DNA of 56,853 bases. Origin: Candidatus Woesearchaeota archaeon (lineage in GTDB: Archaea; Nanobdellota; Nanobdellia; Woesearchaeales; WJKV01). The stretch covers positions 1-56,853 of the forward strand of contig JAHWHE010000060.1 in assembly GCA_019323495.1 (NCBI GenBank), given 5' to 3'. Below, one piece after another: positions 7,632 to 15,900 of this stretch; position 1 is the stretch's first letter, and every line of letters starts with the position of its first letter. The notes under the pieces were generated by a model, which ran no database searches, was not told the DNA's origin, and was given only the letters and a program-made list of their open reading frames with translations. A program made the position numbers and the translations under genes.

Positions 7632-10621
7632 ATCTCGTTCTTTGCTTTCATCAAAAACTTTACTAGAGTATCGCTCCATATCTTAGGAATTGCCCCTGAC
7701 AGCAGGCTATCGAGCCAGGTCTTGAAATCTTCCTTGAAACCTTCACGCTCGCCATTGATCAGCCGCTCGCACTCATACTCTATCTTTGGCTCCAGATTAA
7801 TCCTGTGCGCTGCTTTCTTTAAATCACCGACGAGCATCGCACGATTGAATCCTTCTTCATCAAGCTTCTCTTCTTCTTCGATCTCTTTTTTGATTTCCTC
7901 CTTTTTCCAAAATCTTTCATATTCAAAACCTTCTGGTTCCTCCTCCAGTTCTGCGCTGTAATCAAAATCGCTCTTTTTCTTTCCCTGCTCAAGAGCTATC
8001 TTTGCAAGCACCATCTCGTGCATCCTCTTGACAAACTCTATCCTGTCCTCCATCTTCAATATATCGCTGTAGCCCTGCAATGCAAGATTGAATGCAAACG
8101 GCGACGGCACAGTGGAATCAAACTCGTCTATCTTTATCGTGCCATCTTCGATCTCTTTCAATACTTGCCCTGCGTGTTTAACATCCATCAGATCCTCAAG
8201 AATCTCTCTTCTCGCTTCTTTCAGAATAGGAAAATCATTGCTGATCCTCCTAACCGCGCTCAATAATATCATACTGCTGACTTGCTGTTTTCCGACTGTT
8301 TTCTTTGTTCCCTTATACTGACGGAGAATCATCAATGCCCTTGTTGCGCAATGCCTGAATCTTCTTATCAATACCTGACTCCTGTCAAGCGCAAGCGACA
8401 TCACGCCCTTTAATTCCTCGCTTTTCAATAATTTGAACGCACTCATCGGCCTTATTTTTTTATCGCAAGTCAATACAAAACCGTTGTCAGTTATGGTTAT
8501 CTTCACGTCACGATGCTGCTGCCTGCTTATCGCATATCCTAATGCCCTTGACAGCACATCATTGACCCTTCTTCCGAACAAAGTGTGGAAAATATGGTAC
8601 ATCTTTCCCTGGTCATTGAAATTCTCGACCAACACCAGGTTCCTATGAGGTATTTTCGCGTACATGGATTGCTCTTTGAAATATTCATATATGCTGTTCG
8701 CCGCATTGTCGTCAACATACAGATAATCATGGATGTACTTCATGATCTCCTTCTTGCTCTGCTTCTTTTCGAACTTCTCTTTCATGTATTTCCTGAAATT
8801 CTGTATCGAGAGCGCAAGGTCAAAAGATAAAGGAAGCATCTCGCTCACCCAGTTAGGTACTGTCGGCAATCTTCCTTCTGCACTGCCTACTTGCGCAACA
8901 GTCCCCCTGCTAAATTTGAATTGGTAGACATTGCCTCCCAAAACAAATATGTCATTCGGTTTCAAGCTTTCAAGAAATCCTTCGTCAATGGTACCGACAA
9001 CCTCTTCTCCTATCTTGACCTTGACAGCTGTCTGGTCAGGGATAGTTCCGATATTTGTCATGTACAGTACCCTGCTGATGGGACTTTTTCTGCCGATCCT
9101 TCCATCCTTCTCCCATATCTTCGCATAAACATACCTGTCAGCCAGGCTTACATATTTTCCTGCAAGATAATCTATTATCTGGTTGAAATCTTCCCTTGGA
9201 AGGTCCTTGTAGCAGTAGCTTTTTGTTACCATCTCATAGACTTCGTCGACACTGATCGGCTCGACTATCGCGATACCGAAAACCTGCTGTGCAAGAACAT
9301 CCAGGCAATTGTTAGGGATGTCTATGGTGTCTATCTTCCTCTCGATAGCGCTCTTCAGAATAAGGCTGCACTCAAGCAAGTCGTCACGATCGAGAACAAC
9401 AATCCTTCCTTTCGCAGTCTCATGCAGTTTATGGCCCGACCTTCCGATCCTCTGCAGTGCCCGCGCAACACTCTTAGGGCTTCCCAATAAAATTACAAGA
9501 TCTATATAGCCAATGTCAATGCCTAATTCCAGGCTGGTGCTGCAAACAACTGCTCTTAATTTTCCTTCTCGCAGCTGTTCTTCTATCTTTAATCTGTGCG
9601 TTCTGGAAAGAGAGCCGTGATGCGCGCCTATCAAGGACAGGCTTTCTTCTGATGCTATATTTTTCACATAATTGCTAGGATACTTTGTCTTCAGATTATG
9701 CACGACTCTTTCTGTCGCAGCTCTTGTATTCGTGAATATCAATGTTGTCTTGTGCTCTTGTATCAGGTTGTGCAGCAATTCATACATCTTGAAATCCCGC
9801 TCCTGGAAATCTGCCTTTATCAGGTTCTTGACAGGACTCATCACCTTGATATCGATCTCTTTCATGAATTGTATATCGACTATTGTGCAGTTTCTGTCAT
9901 TGCCGACCAAAAAGCCCGCCATCTTTTCAAGCGGACTAATCGTAGCGCTCAATCCTATTCTCGTATAATCGCTCAATCTCTGCAATCGCTCAAGAGAAAT
10001 AGATAGATGGACGCCTCTTTTGTTCTCTGCGAGACTATGAATCTCGTCTACTACAACCCACCACAACTGTGTTAACAGATTGCTGAATCTCGAACTGCTC
10101 AGCACTATCGCAAGACTTTCAGGAGTTGTGACCAATATATGGGGCGGATTCTTCAGCATCTTTGTCTTTTCATACGCGCTCGTATCTCCTGTCCTGACAG
10201 CCACCCTAATGTCAATGTCCTTTCCGTGCTTTTTCGCAATCTCTTTTATTTCTTTCAATGGTTCTGTCAAATTAATGAAAATATCATTGTTCAATGCCTT
10301 GAGCGGAGAAACATAAACACAATAGACCCTGTCCTGCAGGTTCCCTGCATCTGCAAGATTCACCAGCTCATTTAGTATAGACAAGAATGCAGTCAGCGTT
10401 TTTCCGCTTCCTGTTGGTGCGCTTACAAGAGTGTTGTTCCTTTTGTGTATCTCAATTACAGAAAACAGTTGTGGGGGTGCAAATTCCTTGAACTTGGAAA
10501 AGAACCATTCTTTGACAAAAGGGTTTAGAGTTTCAACTATTTCAGACTGAGAATTAGGTTCCTTCTTATAGCTAATATTCTGCATAGTACTCATAGTGCT
10601 GAATTTATCTACCTCGGACAA
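7628..10621 (-). CDS. lhr: Lhr-family (large helicase-related) ATP-dependent DEAD/DEAH helicase
   Basis: Motif I APTGSGKT, motif II VVDEIHSL, SAT (LSATIS) and QRIGRSGH, followed by the long Lhr-type C-terminal extension. Overlaps the convergent upstream gene by 4 nt. Confidence 0.9.
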   Translation of the reverse strand: MSEVDKFSTMSTMQNISYKKEPNSQSEIVETLNPFVKEWFFSKFKEFAPPQLFSVIEIHKRNNTLVSAPTGSGKTLTAFLSILNELVNLADAGNLQDRVYCVYVSPLKALNNDIFINLTEPLKEIKEIAKKHGKDIDIRVAVRTGDTSAYEKTKMLKNPPHILVTTPESLAIVLSSSRFSNLLTQLWWVVVDEIHSLAENKRGVHLSISLERLQRLSDYTRIGLSATISPLEKMAGFLVGNDRNCTIVDIQFMKEIDIKVMSPVKNLIKADFQERDFKMYELLHNLIQEHKTTLIFTNTRAATERVVHNLKTKYPSNYVKNIASEESLSLIGAHHGSLSRTHRLKIEEQLREGKLRAVVCSTSLELGIDIGYIDLVILLGSPKSVARALQRIGRSGHKLHETAKGRIVVLDRDDLLECSLILKSAIERKIDTIDIPNNCLDVLAQQVFGIAIVEPISVDEVYEMVTKSYCYKDLPREDFNQIIDYLAGKYVSLADRYVYAKIWEKDGRIGRKSPISRVLYMTNIGTIPDQTAVKVKIGEEVVGTIDEGFLESLKPNDIFVLGGNVYQFKFSRGTVAQVGSAEGRLPTVPNWVSEMLPLSFDLALSIQNFRKYMKEKFEKKQSKKEIMKYIHDYLYVDDNAANSIYEYFKEQSMYAKIPHRNLVLVENFNDQGKMYHIFHTLFGRRVNDVLSRALGYAISRQQHRDVKITITDNGFVLTCDKKIRPMSAFKLLKSEELKGVMSLALDRSQVLIRRFRHCATRALMILRQYKGTKKTVGKQQVSSMILLSAVRRISNDFPILKEARREILEDLMDVKHAGQVLKEIEDGTIKIDEFDSTVPSPFAFNLALQGYSDILKMEDRIEFVKRMHEMVLAKIALEQGKKKSDFDYSAELEEEPEGFEYERFWKKEEIKKEIEEEEKLDEEGFNRAMLVGDLKKAAHRINLEPKIEYECERLINGEREGFKEDFKTWLDSLLSGAIPKIWSDTLVKFLMKAKNEI

Positions 10622-10810
10622 GAGTCCATTCTCTATGTTATAGATACATAGAATGAGCTATTTAAAAGCCTTACCCATGCATTGTCTAGTGTCCAGTGAA
10701 ATAGTATTCTCTTTTAAGTTTATATCTACTTTTAAATAGTGATAATAAAAAGATTTAAATATTAGACTTTCGTTTGCCAGATATTAGAGGGATTAATTGG
10801 GGGTTATTGG

Positions 10811-12925
10811 ATGAGTATATTTACAGAGGCGTATGTTAGTTTAAGAAATAGAGTTCTAGACAGTGCACCGTATAAATTGCCATACAAAATAGGCAAAGTA
10901 GGAGTTCCTCTATTTCTTGCAGCGTGGCTTGGTTTTGCAGGCAGTGCAAGAGGCCAGGATGCTCCACCCACTCTAGAAGAAAGGATCGCAGCTGCAAAAC
11001 AAAAGATAGAGCAGATGGCTGAAAAAGATGCGCCTGATCCAATGGCAATCATCAAGTACATTGAATCTCAATTTCCTGAAGCAAGTTCAGAGGGGCACAA
11101 AGAATGCATGCAATATGCAACTTCATTGCTTGATAAAAAATCAAAAGATGAAAAACAGCCAGAGCAACCGCAACCACCAGCACCTGACAAACAGCCTGCG
11201 CCAGATCCAACTCCTGCTCTCGCACCAGACAAAACACCAGCTCCAGATCCAACTCCCGCTCCTGATCCTACACCAGCGCCAGGGCCGGACAAACAGCCAG
11301 CGCCAGATCCAACTCCTGCTCCCGCACCAGCACCAGACAAGCAGCCTACGCCTGCACCAGCACCAGCACCAGCACCGCCAGCAAGCAGAGCGCAGGCATT
11401 AAGAGAGTACAAGAAAAGCAAGCTATGGGAAAGGATACAATTGATGGGTGCTCCAATCTGGGATGTTAAGGATGATGTATGGACAAGCAATGATCATTGG
11501 TTTGGTCAGGCAAGACTGCATCTGAACCTGGCAGGCCTAAGCAACCCGCTACAGAGAGATGTTCCTGACATAAGGATTGGTATTGATTACAAATATGCAA
11601 TAGACAAGCCAGACAGAATAGATTCAAACATCGAGTGGCAGGCAAAAGGATATATCGGATACAGCATGGGAAACTTTTTCTTGTTCGGAAGAAGTGCAAA
11701 AGACCAGACAAATAATAGTCATGATTCTTCATCAGTCAATGTAGATTTCCCAGACATTAGCACAAGAATAACTTCATCAGATGTAAGCACAAAAAGAGAA
11801 GATACTTTCTTCGAAAGCCACGGTGCAAAAGGAAGCATCCCTGTTAAAGGCGTAAATATCATATTCAATCTTAACTATTTCCTGAAAGTCGCGCGAATAT
11901 TGGACCATTACTCGTCTTCAGAAATCACAGAGGACACAGCAACTAATTCTGTGATTGGTGTTTTCGATACATTCAATAGACTCTGGTCAGCTTCAGAAGA
12001 AACAGGAACCACTAGCATTATTGGCGCTGGATTCACTGCGAGAAACACAAACATAGGCAATATTGCGTTCTGGCACACCTGGCAGAGGATAAGCCAGGTA
12101 GAAAGGCAGGAACAGTACGACAGTATCAATGGATTAAGCAATTTAAGAAAATCAGAAAGAAGCTTGTCCAATACCTTCGGCCTGACAGCAGACCTTGGAT
12201 TGAGCTACAAATGGGCAAGGTCATTGGATGCAAACGAAGCATGGCTGAGCGTCGGAGCTTTCCTCGATACAATCACAACAGAAAGACAAGGACAATCTGA
12301 AAGAAAACAGCATGGAAGAGGCTATATCAATCTCACTTATGATCCAGGACTAGTTATTGGAGATGTAACAAGTCCTATATTCAACTTCCAGATGGAAAGA
12401 GACACTTATCTTAACAGATTCAACATGACGATAGGTTTGAGCAAGAGAAAAGAAAGCCAGAGGCAGTCTTCATCAAGAAGCATACATGATTTTGCAACAA
12501 ACTTGAGCCAGTTGAATTTCTGCTCACACATGTCAGACACTTCAAAACAAGATCTAAGAGAGATGATGTGGGAGGACATGATGAGGACAACTCCATCCTA
12601 CCTAGTATTCAGGATGGGCGCAGGAGAAGAAAAAGACAAGAATCTTGAAAAGAAATTATACTGGTACGGAAGAGCTTTCGCAGCAATAGACTTTGAAGAA
12701 GATTCTATCAACAGGCTGGCATTCGGAGCAATCTTTGAAGACAGGGAAGCTACAAGACAGATAGGATTCAGAATCTCATATTTCATAGGAGAATTCGCAA
12801 TCTCGTTCGAATACATGTTCGACAAGATGAAATTTAATAAACAAGAGGATCATACCTTCCAATTAGGCTTATCTGTGTTTGGGGGAAAAACTAAAGATAC
12901 TAGGCCAGATCACATCTGGCCCTAG
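10811..12925 (+). CDS. secreted protein: signal-peptide-like N-terminus, ~75-aa polyproline spacer, ~500-aa beta-strand-rich (beta-barrel-like) C-terminal domain
   Basis: Hydrophobic segment VGVPLFLAAWLGFAGSARG. The spacer has PAPDPT/DKQPAP repeats. The C-terminal part shows many amphipathic alternating strands (TFGLTADLGLSYKW, RGYINLTYDP, RFNMTIGLS, QIGFRISYFIGEFAISFEYMF, HTFQLGLSVFG). Confidence 0.7.
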   Translation: MSIFTEAYVSLRNRVLDSAPYKLPYKIGKVGVPLFLAAWLGFAGSARGQDAPPTLEERIAAAKQKIEQMAEKDAPDPMAIIKYIESQFPEASSEGHKECMQYATSLLDKKSKDEKQPEQPQPPAPDKQPAPDPTPALAPDKTPAPDPTPAPDPTPAPGPDKQPAPDPTPAPAPAPDKQPTPAPAPAPAPPASRAQALREYKKSKLWERIQLMGAPIWDVKDDVWTSNDHWFGQARLHLNLAGLSNPLQRDVPDIRIGIDYKYAIDKPDRIDSNIEWQAKGYIGYSMGNFFLFGRSAKDQTNNSHDSSSVNVDFPDISTRITSSDVSTKREDTFFESHGAKGSIPVKGVNIIFNLNYFLKVARILDHYSSSEITEDTATNSVIGVFDTFNRLWSASEETGTTSIIGAGFTARNTNIGNIAFWHTWQRISQVERQEQYDSINGLSNLRKSERSLSNTFGLTADLGLSYKWARSLDANEAWLSVGAFLDTITTERQGQSERKQHGRGYINLTYDPGLVIGDVTSPIFNFQMERDTYLNRFNMTIGLSKRKESQRQSSSRSIHDFATNLSQLNFCSHMSDTSKQDLREMMWEDMMRTTPSYLVFRMGAGEEKDKNLEKKLYWYGRAFAAIDFEEDSINRLAFGAIFEDREATRQIGFRISYFIGEFAISFEYMFDKMKFNKQEDHTFQLGLSVFGGKTKDTRPDHIWP
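11156..11383 (+). repeat. in-frame proline-rich tandem repeats (PAPDPT / DKQPAPDPTPAP units) inside the 704-aa CDS
   Basis: aa 116-191: PEQPQPPAPDKQPAPDPTPALAPDKTPAPDPTPAPDPTPAPGPDKQPAPDPTPAPAPAPDKQPTPAPAPAPAPPA. Confidence 0.85.
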
Positions 12926-12964
12926 TCATCTTGGATAAATACAAATCGAGAGGGGTGTTATTAA

Positions 12965-15900
12965 TTGAAAAATAAGAAACTGCTTGCAATCACATTTTTG
13001 CTAGCAATAGTTATAGCAGTATTCTTGGCAATCAATGTACTTGCAGCGCCAGCACCGCCTTCTATTTCATTGACACCTATTCCTCCTAATCCGACAAATG
13101 TTCTCACATTAAGGGCTTTTGCAACTGACAGTGGAGACAATGCAGGCCTGAGATGGCTTACACTATACGAGACAGCGAACAATGCGAACACGATACTAAA
13201 CACAACATACTGTTCAGACGCAATCAGCTGCTCAATGACATACAGGATAGTACAGACAACGCCCGGAACAAGAACCTTCTTTGCTCACATATCAGATAGA
13301 GATGGAATGACTGCACAAACCTCAATTATAGGTGTGACTTTCAGCGGAAACAATCAAGCACCTGCAGTCTCTATCACAAACCCTTCGACCAATAGCAGGT
13401 TCTATAACGGCACGCAAGTAAATTTTACAGGCATTGCAACTGATCCAGAAGAAGGGCAGCTGACAGGCAACCATCTAGTCTGGAGCAGCAGCCTGGACGG
13501 ATTCTTGGGTTTTGGAACAAATATCAATAGTACAAACCTTTCCAACGGACTGCACACAATCACATTGATAGGCACTGACAGCCTGAATCTTTCAAATAAT
13601 GCAACAATCACGATAAACATCACACCTAACACTGCACCTGTCGCAAGCATCACTTCGCCTCCTGATTTTAGCAATTTCATCAACGGCACTCAAATTAATT
13701 TCACAGGCACAGGAACAGATACAGAAGATGGAACTCTAAGCGGGAACAGTTTAATCTGGACATCAGACATTGACGGTAACTTCGGCAACGGTACAAGCGT
13801 AAGCACAACACAATTGTCAGTTGCAAATCACACAATCACTTTGACAGCAAGGGACAGTTTAGGGGTGACTGGAACTGCCACGATAACAATCAGCGTAAAT
13901 CCTGCTGCTGCTCCGCTGCCACCAAACACCCCTCCAAATGCTACAATCACCGCTCCTGCAAACCAGAGCAGTTTCTTGAACGGAACACAGATAAATTTCA
14001 CAGGCACAGGAATAGATGCAGAAGACGGCGCATTAAGCGGTGCTAGTCTAGCCTGGACATCAAGTATTGACGGCAATTTTGGGACCGGGGACAGCATCAA
14101 TATCACAAATCTTTCAATCGGAAATCACACAATTACATTGACTGCTACAGACAGCCAGACAGCAACAGGCACAGATTCAATCCTGGTCGAGGTTTATGCA
14201 CTCTACATTCCACCTCCTCCTGCAAACAATACGCTTCCAAATGTAACTATAAATTCTCCTGCAAATTACAGTTCTGCGCAGAATGGAACTTCAATAAATT
14301 TCATAGGTAGCGCAATAGACGCAGAAGATGGCATCCTTCTGAACAACAGCCTTGTCTGGACAAGCAATTATGACGGAAATTTCGCAAACGGAACTTCGTT
14401 CTTGTACAGCGGATTGTCCATCGGCTATCATACAATTACTTTGACAGCTACAGACAGCAATAATGGAAGCAGTTCAGCTTCAATCATATTAAATATCACA
14501 GCACCTCCGCCTGCACCGCCAGCACCTACTTGTACTGACAATGTCTGGAACGGCGATGAATCAGATACAGATTGTGGAGGAAGCTGTCCAGGATGTTCTG
14601 CATTCCCTATTTCATATTCGTGCTGGAACAGCAGTGATTGCGCATTCAGCACCTGTGACACATCAGGCGCACTAAGACCATTCCCGATAAACAACAATAC
14701 AGGACAGCCATATACTATTCCAGAAATAAGATTGCTGGCTGGGCAGACTTGGATTATTCCTTATCAAGGAAGATGCACAATTATATTTCCTCCATTAAAT
14801 AATCCTCCTACTGCGTTCATAATCGCGCCTTCGAACCACAGTTCACACTATAACGGAACTTCGATAACATTTGGAGGAACAGGTCAGGATGTAGAAGACG
14901 GCACTTTAAGTGGAGCCAGCCTTGTCTGGACATCTAGCATAGACGGCAATTTTGGCACAGGCACTATATTTAGTTATTCGAATCTTTCAATCGGCACTCA
15001 TACAATTACATTGACAGCGACAGACAGCATGACTTTTACAGGCTCGCAATCAATCATCATAAACATAACATTACCGCCCAATATTCTGCCTAACGCAACA
15101 ATCTCATCTCCACTAAATAATAGTTCATTCATCAATCAGACGCAAATCAATTTCACAGGTTTAGGAATTGATGCAGAAGATGGAAACATAACACAGACAA
15201 ATAGTTTGGTATGGACATCAAGCCTGGACGGAAACTTCGGAAACGGCACGAGCGTGAACATCTCATCGCTATCAGTTGGAACCCACACCATCAACTTGAC
15301 AGTCACTGACAGCAGGAATGGAACAGGCAGTGATCTGATAACAATCACAGTCCTCCCATCACCAAACACTCCGCCTATCGCAAACATCACAGCGCCTGCA
15401 AACAACAGCACATTTGTTAACCAGACGCAGGTCAATTTCACAGGCTATGGAACAGACGCACAGGACGGAATGATAACACAAGCCAACCAGCTTGTTTGGA
15501 CATCAAACCTGGACGGAAACTTAGGAAATGGTACGAGCGTGAACATCTCAACACTGTCAGTTGGACTGCACAACATCACTTTGACAGCAATAGACAGCGG
15601 AAACATGTCCAATGCAACAATGATATTGATCAACATATCAAGAACTCCTAACGCAGGTCCTTTGGCAAACATCACAGCGCCTGCAAACAATAGCGCGTTC
15701 ATGAACCAGACCCAGATAAATTTCACAGGTCATGGAATAGATGCAGAAGACGGAATGATAACTCAAGCAAACCAATTAGTATGGACGTCGTCAATTGATG
15801 GAAACTTCGGAAACGGCACGAGCATTAACATCACATCATTGACAGTTGGATTGCATAACATAACACTGAATGTTACAGATAGCGAAGGAATGAGTGCTAC

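Noticed and set aside
11156-11383. Short tandem DNA repeats
   Set aside because: They are an in-frame PAPDPT/DKQPAP proline-rich linker of the 704-aa protein, not a non-coding repeat array.
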